A stretch of DNA of 58,862 bases from Chloroflexota bacterium (GTDB taxonomy: Bacteria > Chloroflexota > Anaerolineae > B4-G1 > SLSP01), in assembly GCA_019873725.1 (NCBI GenBank), contig JAIOAS010000004.1, positions 1-58,862 on the forward strand. The letters are read 5' to 3'. The translations under genes were made by a program, and so were the position numbers. Of this stretch, positions 8,561-17,338 are shown piece after piece. Position 1 is the first letter of the stretch, and the number at the start of each line of letters is the position of its first letter. The notes under the pieces were generated by a model. That model searched no databases, had not been told where the DNA came from, and saw only the letters and a program-made list of their open reading frames with translations.

Positions 8561-9085
8561 ATGCGTAGACACTTCATCATCATTGGCCTGACCCTGGCCT
8601 TGATAGGGTTACCGCTCGGCGTGGGGTACGCGACCGCGCCGTGTGACAGCTTCGGCGCGCCGGTGGTGATGTCACCGTACCGGCTACGACAGCAGCGCTT
8701 CCTCACGGCCGCCACCCGCTGGGCCGATGCCGAGGAAGCGGTCGGCCTCACCCTGGACACCATTGCGCGTGGACCACAACCGCAGTCTACCGGCGCGGCG
8801 TTCCGGCTGGCCGAACAGGTGGGCCAGGCCGCCGGGCGACTGGACGCCCTGACACTGCCTGAAGCGCCAGCGGAGTACAGTTTGCTGGCCTTGACGATGC
8901 AGCAAACTACGGACACCTACGCCTACGCCGCCGAGCAATTGCTGACCTTCTACGGCAACAACGACGGCCAGGCTCTGGCGGAAGCGCGGGCCTCCGTGGC
9001 CCTGGCCCGGTTGGCGCTGGGCGACCTGCGCGCGGGCATCGCCGGTCTTACGTATCCCGCGTGCCGGGAGGTGTGGCGTGACTGA
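8561..9085 (+). CDS. Hypothetical secreted protein
   Basis: AGGAGG lies 8 nt upstream. MRRHFIIIGLTLALIGLPLGVGYATAPC looks like a signal peptide. The stop overlaps the next gene's start. Confidence 0.55.
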   Translation: MRRHFIIIGLTLALIGLPLGVGYATAPCDSFGAPVVMSPYRLRQQRFLTAATRWADAEEAVGLTLDTIARGPQPQSTGAAFRLAEQVGQAAGRLDALTLPEAPAEYSLLALTMQQTTDTYAYAAEQLLTFYGNNDGQALAEARASVALARLALGDLRAGIAGLTYPACREVWRD

Positions 9086-10463
9086 CACGAAAGATCAACC
9101 AGAGATCGAAAAGCTGAAAGCCGACTTTGCAATGCAGATGTATCTGCTCAAACAAGAACTATTGAGCAGTCAAATGCGCATCGCGACGAGTGTGCGCGCC
9201 CGTCATCGCACGGAAGCTATCCTGCAACAGTACCTCTCGATGCTGTGCCCTGAGGTCATCACGCAGGCGTTAGGCGCACAGATGAGCGTCACCGAAGCAG
9301 CGGAGTACATCTACACGCATCGTCTGTACGGCAGCGATCCGAAGAACCTGTTCCGATCCCCAAAAGCACAACCAGAGGAACAAGGAAAGGAAGAGGAAGG
9401 GGCAACGCCGACGTCACCTACGCCCGTGGTGGTCGTGGAGCCAGGTGTGGACCTTTCCAGTGACGCAGTCAAGTTTTTGTACGTGTTGGGGATAACCGTA
9501 GTGGCCAACGAAGCCCGCGACCTATGGGCACAGCACACCGGCAAGGCCGCCGGGAGCGCGAAACATACCGCCTTATCGGAGTTGCTGGACAAAGGCTTGC
9601 TGCGCGTGGAACAAATCCCGGTGCCACGGTATCTCACCGGGTACGTCAGCGACACCTGTTATGTCCTCACCGACGCAGGTCTGACCGAGTACCGGCGGCG
9701 CTTCAACAGTGAGCCGGCGAGCTACGAGGCCATCTACGCGCCCTACAAGTCGCCGGAGGCCTGGTGGATGATTCGGGCGACCAAAGCCCTGATTTTGGCG
9801 GGCAACGCGCACCCGGCCAACACCCGTTTCACCTACACCGTCTACGACCCGAAGGGAGATGCAGAGGCCATGCAAGCTGCCGGGTTCAGCAGCCGGTACG
9901 GGAATAGCGAACCGGACTTGGTTGTGGTGGTTAAATCGCGCTCCGCCGGCCAACCGCTGTGGCTGGCGGTGGAGTGCGAACGAGGGAAGTACAACAGCAC
10001 GCGGCTCAAGCAAAAGCTCGCCAAGAACCTGACAGACTACGCCACGGCGGGGTTTGGCGGCTGTTACTACATCGCCAACAACCGCGACACGGCACGTATG
10101 ATTGGTGGAACCCTCACCCGTCTCCGCGACAACCTCACCGCACGGCCTGATGCCAGCAGTACGCCGGGCTTCCTCGCCCTGTTCACCCTGGAAGCCTTGC
10201 GCGAGACGTGGTTGCCGACGCCGCGCTTTATCTTGACGGAGTTCCTCGACCGCAAGCTGCGGCAGCCCAACCCGAACTGGCCCGCGGAAGCGGCCAAGCC
10301 GGAACGGTATTTCAAGTATACGCCGGCGGACAGGGAGCAAGAGGCAGGAAGCAAGGGGCAAGAGGCAGGAAGCAAGGGACTTGTGGAGGACGAGGAAGAT
10401 GATATGGAAGGCACGTTGCCGGAGGCCGAGGACGAATGGGCGGACGAGGAAAGTGCAGCGTAA
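9078..10463 (+). CDS. Winged-helix plus PD-(D/E)XK-like protein (replication-relaxation-like), acidic tail
   Basis: ALSELLDKGLLRV..YVLTDAGLTEY looks like a winged helix. EPDLVVVVK...LWLAVECERGKY fits a D...ExK nuclease motif. The tail has a QEAGSKG x2 repeat and is rich in E/D. Family assignment is tentative. Confidence 0.5.
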   Translation: MTDTKDQPEIEKLKADFAMQMYLLKQELLSSQMRIATSVRARHRTEAILQQYLSMLCPEVITQALGAQMSVTEAAEYIYTHRLYGSDPKNLFRSPKAQPEEQGKEEEGATPTSPTPVVVVEPGVDLSSDAVKFLYVLGITVVANEARDLWAQHTGKAAGSAKHTALSELLDKGLLRVEQIPVPRYLTGYVSDTCYVLTDAGLTEYRRRFNSEPASYEAIYAPYKSPEAWWMIRATKALILAGNAHPANTRFTYTVYDPKGDAEAMQAAGFSSRYGNSEPDLVVVVKSRSAGQPLWLAVECERGKYNSTRLKQKLAKNLTDYATAGFGGCYYIANNRDTARMIGGTLTRLRDNLTARPDASSTPGFLALFTLEALRETWLPTPRFILTEFLDRKLRQPNPNWPAEAAKPERYFKYTPADREQEAGSKGQEAGSKGLVEDEEDDMEGTLPEAEDEWADEESAA

Positions 10464-10465
10464 GC

Positions 10466-10563
10466 AATCAGCAATCAGCAGTCAGCTATCAGCTATCAGC
10501 AATGCGCAGTGCCTGCTTGGCAGACAAAGCTGAAGGCTGAAAGCTGAAAGCTGAAGGCTAACA
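10466..10563. repeat. Convergent heptad arrays: 5x (W/A)nTCAGC, then 4-5x GCTGAAn
   Basis: Direct heptads run 10466-10500 and inverted heptads 10529-10563. The array starts 3 nt after the stop codon and is followed by TTTT at 10566-10569. Confidence 0.85.
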
Positions 10564-10586
10564 GCTTTTAAGGAAAGGATCACACA

Positions 10587-10820
10587 ATGACACTCGAAAC
10601 GTTTTTGACCTATGCCCTGCGACTCTGGTGGGCCGGGGCGCTGTACACGGGGGTTTTCCTCGTGCGCATTGGGCCGTTTGTGCTGGCAGTGCTTGGTTTC
10701 GTGGGCTGGCAATGGGCGCAGGGGACATCACCCTTGCACCGTCCCCGGAGGAAGACGGCGGCAGCCATGGCAGATGCGGCGCAAGCTGCGCCGGATACGC
10801 CGGCGTTCACGGTGCGCTGA
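10587..10820 (+). CDS. Small membrane protein (77 aa)
   Basis: Two hydrophobic segments (LRLWWAGALYTGVFLV, GPFVLAVLGFVGW). AGGAAAGGA lies upstream. Confidence 0.4.
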   Translation: MTLETFLTYALRLWWAGALYTGVFLVRIGPFVLAVLGFVGWQWAQGTSPLHRPRRKTAAAMADAAQAAPDTPAFTVR

Positions 10821-10837
10821 GGTAGAGAACGTCACAG

Positions 10838-12148
10838 ATGGCGAAAAACCTACTACCACCCCACAACATCGAAGCGGAGGAAGCAACCCTGGGCGCACTG
10901 CTGATCGACCCCAAGTGGGCGATCCCACAGGTGCAGCTGGTGCTCAAAGGGCCGGAGTTCTACTTGCAGAAGCATCGTTGGCTCTATGCCGTGCTCCTCG
11001 ACTTGTACGCCCGCCACGAGCCGGTGGACTTTCTCACGGTGACGACGGAACTGGAGAAGCGTGGGCAACTGGAAGCAGTGGGGGGCGCGGTCTTTATCAC
11101 GCAGTTGCTCAATGCCGTGCCCTCGGCGGCCAGTGCGGTCAGCTACGCCCACGAGGTGCGGCAGACCCACGTGCGGCGGCGCATCCTCGATGCCTGTAGC
11201 GCCGCCGCGCGTCTGGCCTACGATGCGCAGCGCCCCATCGAGCAAGTCGCCACCGAGGCCGAGGGCCTGTTCCTCACCATCCGCGACGACCTGGCCTACC
11301 AGGAGCGCTTGCAGCCCTTCGCGCAGATACTCCAACAGCTCTACGACGAGGCCGCCGCGCTGTATCACGATGGCATCCCCCTGGGGGTCGCCACCGGCAT
11401 GCCCGCGCTGGACAAGCTGCTCGGCGGTGGATTACGCAAGGGCACGCTCAACATTGTCGCGGCGCGGCCCGGCGTGGGGAAGTCCGTCTTGCTGGCGACG
11501 CTGGCCGTCCACGCGCTGCGCCTGGGCGTGCCTACGGCGCTCTTCTCCATCGAGATGCGCGGGCTGGAAGTGGCCGGGCGCATCGTGCAGAAGGAGTTAG
11601 GCCTGGATTACACCCGCCTGCGGGAAGGCGATTGGCCGCGCTTTGCGGACGGCTTGGGGCCACTCTCGGAGTTTCCCTTGTGGATCGACGACAGTCCCCG
11701 GCTGGCCATTGAAGACCTCTGCACCAAGGTCCGCCAACTCTATGCCCAGCACAACCTGGGCCTGGTGCTGCTGGACTACATTCAACTGGCCGAGACACAC
11801 CAACGCCTGGACTCGCGCTATCTCACCATCGGCCAAATCACGCGCGAACTCAAGCATCTGGCCCAGGAGTTGCAGATTCCCATTGTCGCCGCCAGCCAAC
11901 TGGGACGCGACGCCGACCATCGCCGCCCGACGCTGGGCGACCTGCGCGAATCGGGCAACCAGGAGGCCGACGCCGATGTGGTGCTGTTGCTGCACCGGCC
12001 CAACGGCGTGGACAACGCCCCCCTGGTGGAGACCGAGTTCATCCTCGCCAAGCATCGCCAGGGACAGGCCGGGCTGTTTACGATGGTGTTCCACAAGGCA
12101 CAGTTGCGTTTTGTGCCCCTCACGGATGCCACCAGCCAACTCGCTTGA
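10838..12148 (+). CDS. dnaB: Replicative DNA helicase DnaB
   Basis: The N-terminus LPPHNIEAEEATLGALLIDP is classic DnaB. Also has Walker A ARPGVGKS, the LVLLDYIQL motif and QLGRD. Confidence 0.92.
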   Translation: MAKNLLPPHNIEAEEATLGALLIDPKWAIPQVQLVLKGPEFYLQKHRWLYAVLLDLYARHEPVDFLTVTTELEKRGQLEAVGGAVFITQLLNAVPSAASAVSYAHEVRQTHVRRRILDACSAAARLAYDAQRPIEQVATEAEGLFLTIRDDLAYQERLQPFAQILQQLYDEAAALYHDGIPLGVATGMPALDKLLGGGLRKGTLNIVAARPGVGKSVLLATLAVHALRLGVPTALFSIEMRGLEVAGRIVQKELGLDYTRLREGDWPRFADGLGPLSEFPLWIDDSPRLAIEDLCTKVRQLYAQHNLGLVLLDYIQLAETHQRLDSRYLTIGQITRELKHLAQELQIPIVAASQLGRDADHRRPTLGDLRESGNQEADADVVLLLHRPNGVDNAPLVETEFILAKHRQGQAGLFTMVFHKAQLRFVPLTDATSQLA

Positions 12149-12174
12149 GGCGTGCCGAGGATAGGAAAGATTCT

Positions 12175-12235
12175 CTCAACGGATTCAACGGAATTGAACG
12201 GATATTTTTCCGTTTAATCCGTTCAATCCGTTGAG
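12175..12235. repeat. 61-bp near-perfect palindrome built from iterated (T/C)CAACGGA(T/A) units
   Basis: The left arm ctcaacggattcaacggaattgaacggat pairs with atccgtttaatccgttcaatccgttgag. It lies between dnaB and the Rep-like gene. Confidence 0.85.
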
Positions 12236-12261
12236 GCTATTGACAAGGAGCTTTTCCCGCA

Positions 12262-13731
12262 ATGTTTGCCGGATTTGCTTACCCTGAAGCCAACTGGTAC
12301 CGCTTGCCGAATGACTGGTTCGACGTATGGGCCGAGTTACGGCGGCAGACCGGGCGCGCACGCATCAAAGGGCCGTTGCAGGTGACGGAGTACGTCATCA
12401 AACACACCTGGGGCTGGCAAAACTTCGCCACGCCGGTGCGCCTGGCCTGGCACGATTTCCAGTATGGCCGGCGCAGCGGCACGCGCAACCTCGATCACGG
12501 CACGGGCCTCTCGCGCCGCGCGCTACGCCACGCCCTGGAAGACGCGCAGGCCTGGGGCTTGCTCGAACATCCACACGACGCCGCCGGGCAGCCGACCTAC
12601 ACGTATCGCCCCCGGATGTTGCCGCCAGACGCGAATACTCCTGCGGCTTTGTTGGATGAGGGCGCGGGTGGGGAATGGCGCGGTTTCGCGCCCCTGCGCA
12701 GTAACTTCTTCAAGGTGCCGGCACTGTGGACGGATATGAGCGCGCGGCTCGGTTCCGAGGTCGCCATTCTGAGCGTGGAGTACCTGTTCCGCCACACGTG
12801 GGGTTGGGAGACGTGGGATGGGCGCGCCTGTTGGCTCACCGAGGATGAGATCGCCCGCGGGCGGCAATATGCGAACGGGGAAGAACGCTATGATGCCGGC
12901 ATCGGTTACTCGACGCGGGCTGTTCACGACGGTCTGCGCGAGGCAGTGGTGCAGGGTTTGCTGGTCTGGCGGGACAATGGGGAAGTGCGGCAATACGCGC
13001 TATATCTGCAGGGGATGGTGATTAGCGACGAGGGTAAGTTCCAGGGATGGGCAACATCAACACCCGCGTCTGACAACACAGCAGAGCCACCACCGTCCCC
13101 ACAACCTGACCCTGACGTCTTGCCATCACAAGTTGCGGCAATCACACACCAGATTACGGCGCTGCTGAAGGTGTTGACCACCGCCGGAATCGCCCTGCCA
13201 CCCGGGTTCAGCACGGATGCAAGTATACCAGGGCTGGAAGCAAGTAGACCGCCCACAGAAGCAAGTAGACCGTCTTTGGAAGAAAGTACCCCACCTTATA
13301 TACAGACACTTACAGACACTCCAAAGACACTCTCATCATCAGACACCCACGCGTCGCGCGCGTCTTGCACGGACGGTGCAAAGACGGGTGATGATGCTGA
13401 GATTACACTTCCCGAAGACATTCAGCATGGGTTAGCGCAGATCGGTTTCCACCGCACCCGCAAAGCCTGGCGCGAAGTCCAGACCGTGTATGGCGCAGAC
13501 CCGGCTTACGTCCGGCAATGGCTGCACCACCTGGCTCACACACGGGCCGGCGATCCGCGTGCGGCGGGATTCTTCCGGCAAGCGGTGTTACGCGAGCGCG
13601 TGCCGTTGCCCGGGACGGGAAGGGAACCAGCGTGGGCTGACTGCCCTGAATGTCACGGGGCGGGCGTGGTGCTGGATAGCCGCGAGGAGAAAGCCGTGCG
13701 GTGCCCGGTATGCCAGAGGGGACAGGCATAG
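12262..13731 (+). CDS. Replication-initiator/replisome-organizer-like protein with duplicated winged-helix module and C-terminal zinc ribbon
   Basis: Two similar modules: YRLPNDWFDVW..VIKHTWGWQNF..GLSRRALRHALEDAQAWGLL and FFKVPALWTDM..LFRHTWGWETW..GYSTRAVHDGLREAVVQGLL. The C-terminus is CPECHGAGV..CPVCQ. Family call is tentative. Confidence 0.55.
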   Translation: MFAGFAYPEANWYRLPNDWFDVWAELRRQTGRARIKGPLQVTEYVIKHTWGWQNFATPVRLAWHDFQYGRRSGTRNLDHGTGLSRRALRHALEDAQAWGLLEHPHDAAGQPTYTYRPRMLPPDANTPAALLDEGAGGEWRGFAPLRSNFFKVPALWTDMSARLGSEVAILSVEYLFRHTWGWETWDGRACWLTEDEIARGRQYANGEERYDAGIGYSTRAVHDGLREAVVQGLLVWRDNGEVRQYALYLQGMVISDEGKFQGWATSTPASDNTAEPPPSPQPDPDVLPSQVAAITHQITALLKVLTTAGIALPPGFSTDASIPGLEASRPPTEASRPSLEESTPPYIQTLTDTPKTLSSSDTHASRASCTDGAKTGDDAEITLPEDIQHGLAQIGFHRTRKAWREVQTVYGADPAYVRQWLHHLAHTRAGDPRAAGFFRQAVLRERVPLPGTGREPAWADCPECHGAGVVLDSREEKAVRCPVCQRGQA

Positions 13732-13810
13732 TGCTAGATTAGACACGAACAACGACGTGCACCCGCACGACTGGCGCTGCGATTCAATACAGAAAAGCCT
13801 GTTTCGTATT

Positions 13811-13836
13811 TTGACAAGTTCCCGAAATGTTATACT
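13811..13836 (+). promoter_or_regulatory. Candidate CRISPR leader promoter (TTGACA, extended -10 TGtTATACT)
   Basis: TTGACA at 13811-13816 and TATACT at 13831-13836 with TG at -15/-14. The spacing is short (14 nt). It sits in an AT-rich leader about 190 nt upstream of repeat 1. Confidence 0.45.
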
Positions 13837-14023
13837 ATTAAAGCAGATGCGTGACCCAAGCGATGTAGAAGATGCTTTTTCAAGCCAAAAATCGGTCAAA
13901 AACGGCCAAAATGCGCGTTTTTTGCTATCTCAAAGGAGTCGTGCGCGAGCCACTAGCTCTGGGGGTTGAGACGCCCCAAAAGCAGTATACATCCACAACA
14001 TCTTGTGGTCAAGCCAAAATGCG

Positions 14024-14516
14024 GTCAGAGAGGCTTTAATCCCCGTAAGGGGTCGGAAACTTTTTAGTTGGCGGTTGACAATCGCCTCCTTCTGAATATC
14101 GTCAGAGAGGCTTTAATCCCCGTAAGGGGTCGGAAACGCGATTTGGGCGCAGCAGGTCGAGCAGTTCGTTGCGCCGGTCAGAGAGGCTTTAATCCCCGTA
14201 AGGGGTCGGAAACTCTTTACAGCGCCGGTGGGAAATCCGCACGTGAGTCAGGAAGTCAGAGAGGCTTTAATCCCCGTAAGGGGTCGGAAACCATCTTTCG
14301 GGATCAGATTCGGCTGTCCATGATCCCGAGTCAGAGAGGCTTTAATCCCCGTAAGGGGTCGGAAACTGACTGCCATCAATGCTCAAAAGTACTTCGTATT
14401 CAATGTCAGAGAGGCTTTAATCCCCGTAAGGGGTCGGAAACATAGATTTTGTTCGCCAATTCTCGGGCTTTATCCGAACGTCAGAGAGGCTTTAATCCCC
14501 GTAAGGGGTCGGAAAC
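14024..14516 (+). CRISPR. CRISPR array, leader-proximal part (repeats 1-7)
   Basis: The 37-nt repeat is GTCAGAGAGGCTTTAATCCCCGTAAGGGGTCGGAAAC. Copies start at 14024, 14101, 14177, 14255, 14330, 14405 and 14480. Spacers are 38-41 nt. Confidence 0.97.
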
Positions 14517-14731
14517 AAGCGAACTTTTTGTCAAATGCCGCCCGTGATGGGCCACCCATAGTCGGGTGATGTGGGCCACTCGTGTGCGGGTGGAGTGGGC
14601 CACACAGGGCGCATGGATCGTGCGTTGAGAGACAGCTCGACCATGCCCAAAAAAGTAACTCAACCGTGTTTTTCGCAATGCTTCATCCGTGTTAGCTCGC
14701 TGTCATCCACTGAGCACGTGTGGCTGGTGGA

Positions 14732-15511
14732 TTAGGTTTCGTTGGCTGTTGACAAAGTCGTGGTTGGGCTGGGTTCCTCCTTTCGGCGCTGCCGTTGGCG
14801 ATAGCTGCTACCGCGGATGGTCAGCGTGTGGGTATGATGGGTCAAACGGTCCAGCGCCGCGCTGGCTAACAGGTCATTGCCAAAGACCTCGGCCCATTCC
14901 TCGAAGGCGCGGTTGCTGGTGATGATGATCGAGGCCCGTTCGTAGCGTTCCGCGATGATCTCGTACAGGTCTTGCGCGGACTGTGAGGTCAGCGGATAGA
15001 GGCCAAAATCATCCAGAATGAGCAAGTCGGCGGTGAGGAGCTTGCTCCACAGTCGGGTATGCCCGCCGCTGGCCTGGGTGGCGTGCAGGCTCTTTAACAG
15101 ATGATGCACCGGATAGGACAAGACGCGCAAGTCGCGTTTCAGGGCTTCGATGCCCAGGCCATTCGCCAGGTGACTTTTCCCCACGCCACTGGGGCCACAC
15201 AACAGGATGTTTTCGTGGCGGGCGATGAAGGTGCAGGTGGCCAGGTCCTGGATCAAGGGGCGATTGACGCCCGGCGCCGCCCCAAAGTCAAAGTGCGCGA
15301 GTGTCTTTTGGCTGTCACAGCCCGATTGCGCCAGGTGCCGCGCCAGACGGCCCTGGTTGCGCCGTTCCAACTCATCGTCGAGCAACACGGCCAGGAATTC
15401 AAGCGGCGCGAGTTGCCGTTCAACAGCTTGCGCGGCCCGCAGGTCGAGGGTTTCCAGCATCCCCGAGAGACGCAGTTGGCGCAGTTTGGGGAGCAGCGGA
15501 TGGGTCATCAT
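14732..15511 (-). CDS. istB: IS21 helper ATPase IstB
   Basis: Starts MMTHPLLPKLRQLRLSGMLETL. Has Walker A GPSGVGKS and Walker B LLILDDFG. The longer track ORF is an upstream extension into istA. Confidence 0.92.
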   Translation of the reverse strand: MMTHPLLPKLRQLRLSGMLETLDLRAAQAVERQLAPLEFLAVLLDDELERRNQGRLARHLAQSGCDSQKTLAHFDFGAAPGVNRPLIQDLATCTFIARHENILLCGPSGVGKSHLANGLGIEALKRDLRVLSYPVHHLLKSLHATQASGGHTRLWSKLLTADLLILDDFGLYPLTSQSAQDLYEIIAERYERASIIITSNRAFEEWAEVFGNDLLASAALDRLTHHTHTLTIRGSSYRQRQRRKEEPSPTTTLSTANET

Positions 15512-17043
15512 GCCCTCACCTCCTCCGCGTCCACGGGGGCGCCGAAGAACTCGGCGCTGGTGCGCGCAAAGGCGTGTTTTTGCGGCGGGGCGTCCGGCGC
15601 TGGGTCGGGTAGCGGCTCGCGGTCCAGCGCGGCGTTGAGGATCGCCTTGATGCGCCGGTAGCTGGGATCGGCAAAATGCAGGGCGCGCGCACACGCGGCC
15701 TCCAAGCGCTCGCCGCCGACGCTCTCTTCCAGGCGCAGGATGGCTTGCACGGAGCGCAGACGGTACAGCGGGCGATCGCCCAGCAGGGTCGCGACAACCT
15801 GGCTGGTCGCCGCGCCGAGCCGCGTGGCCACGCGCTGGCAGTGCGCGGGCGTGTGTTCCAGATAGGCCGCCTTGGGCTCGGGATAGTCCGCCAGTCGCGT
15901 CCGCCACTCGCCCGGCTTGAGACTCCGCTCGTGGGTGGCGACCAGCTCCAGCCCGTGGTAGATTTCGACGATCCGCTCGCTGATGTAGGCGTCGAGCGTC
16001 TGGCCCACGTAGCGGTAGGGCACCGAATAGTAGCTTTTGTCGAGGCGCACGTGGCAGTCGGGATGCACCATGACCGGTTTGACTTCGCGCAGGGTAAACG
16101 GCGTTTCGGGCAAGGGTAGCAGCGCGGCCTGCTCGTGCGCGTGGAACAGCGCCAGGGGCGCCTGGTGCGTCGTGCCGTGTTCACGTACTCCGGCGCGCGC
16201 CTGCACCCAGGTGCGCAAGTGTTGGTTGGCGACCTGGATATCGAGGAACTCACGCCCGGCCATAAAGTTGCGCTGCACGTAATGCACGCCGCTTTCCACC
16301 TTGCCTTTGTGCTGAGGCGTGCGCGGCCGGGTGGGGCTGATCACGAACCCGTAGTGTTGCGCCATCCGCCGGTAGGCTTCACCGAGAATGGGATCGTGAA
16401 TCAACGCCTGCAGCACCGCCGCTTTCAGGTTGTCAGGCACGATCCGCCTGGGGACGCCGCCCCAACTCTCGAACGCGCGACGATGCAACTCAATCCAGGT
16501 GGCGGTCTTTTGATCGAAGACCAGCTCGGCGTACTGGTGGCGGCTGTAGCAGAGTGTGGCGACGAAGACGTAAGCGTGGCGCGCCTGCCCGCTGGCCGGG
16601 TCGTACAGATGGCCCACACTCCCAAAGTCGACCTGCGCCTCCTCGCCCGGCGCCGTATGCACCCGCACAAACACCTCTGGGGACTTGGCCCGCAGCTTGT
16701 TCACGAACCGGCGCACCGCCGAGTAGCTGCCCTGGTAGTGGTGATCATCCTGCAGGTACTGCCAAATCGCGGTCATTTCGACGCCTTGTTCCACCCACGC
16801 TTGCACCACTTCCCGGTAGGGCTCGACGCTCGATTCCACGCTGGGCGGTTGCGGTGGTTCGCCCCACGCAGCCGTCAGCGTGGCGTCGTCCGGCAAGGGC
16901 TGTGCTGCATCCAGGTAGCCCTGCGCCGCGGCCCAGGCCTGATACTTGCCCACCGTCGTGCGCGACAACTTCAGGTCCTTGGCGATGCGGCGCTGGCTCT
17001 CGCCAGCCCGCAAACGGTAAAGCAATTCTCGTAAGTAGTTCAT
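15508..17043 (-). CDS. istA: IS21 transposase IstA
   Basis: Starts with the HTH MNYLRELLYRLRAGESQRRIAKDLKLSRTTVGKY. Has an rve-type DDE core (QVDFG..., VPDNLKAAV). Its stop overlaps the istB start. Confidence 0.92.
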   Translation of the reverse strand: MNYLRELLYRLRAGESQRRIAKDLKLSRTTVGKYQAWAAAQGYLDAAQPLPDDATLTAAWGEPPQPPSVESSVEPYREVVQAWVEQGVEMTAIWQYLQDDHHYQGSYSAVRRFVNKLRAKSPEVFVRVHTAPGEEAQVDFGSVGHLYDPASGQARHAYVFVATLCYSRHQYAELVFDQKTATWIELHRRAFESWGGVPRRIVPDNLKAAVLQALIHDPILGEAYRRMAQHYGFVISPTRPRTPQHKGKVESGVHYVQRNFMAGREFLDIQVANQHLRTWVQARAGVREHGTTHQAPLALFHAHEQAALLPLPETPFTLREVKPVMVHPDCHVRLDKSYYSVPYRYVGQTLDAYISERIVEIYHGLELVATHERSLKPGEWRTRLADYPEPKAAYLEHTPAHCQRVATRLGAATSQVVATLLGDRPLYRLRSVQAILRLEESVGGERLEAACARALHFADPSYRRIKAILNAALDREPLPDPAPDAPPQKHAFARTSAEFFGAPVDAEEVRA

Positions 17044-17338
17044 ATGTATTCGCTCCATGTGGTTTATTCTCCAGATCGCACGGTCTAACTGTCTCTCTGG
17101 AGAGATGATGCCACACGTGCTAGCTTTCACAAACCGTGGCCTACAGCGAGCGACTACGGGTGGCCCACAGCGCGTGACGCTGACTGGCCCACACCGGGCG
17201 ATCATAGGTGGCCTACACCGGGCGGCTATGCCTGGCCCTTACCGGGTGACGATGGCTGGCCTACACCAGGCGGCTATGCATGGCCCAGTATAGACCGGTC
17301 AATCACACTTTTTGCGGGATAGCTTGTACAGCCTGTTG

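Larger units (their letters stand above)
14529..17307 (-). mobile_element. IS21-family insertion sequence (2779 bp) inserted in CRISPR spacer 7
   Basis: Termini are TGTCAA...TCACA. Both ends carry multiple GGCCCAC/GGCCTAC subterminal repeats. istA and istB overlap by ATGA. CTTTT flanks the element at 14524-14528 and 17308-17312. Confidence 0.92.

Noticed and set aside
15512-15907. Upstream extension of the istB ORF (391-aa version), and the alternative-frame ORF 15516..16253 inside istA
   Set aside because: IstB homologs are about 250-260 aa. MMTHPLLPKLRQLRL at 15511 is the canonical start and overlaps the istA stop. The rest is Arg/Pro/Ala-rich GC noise.
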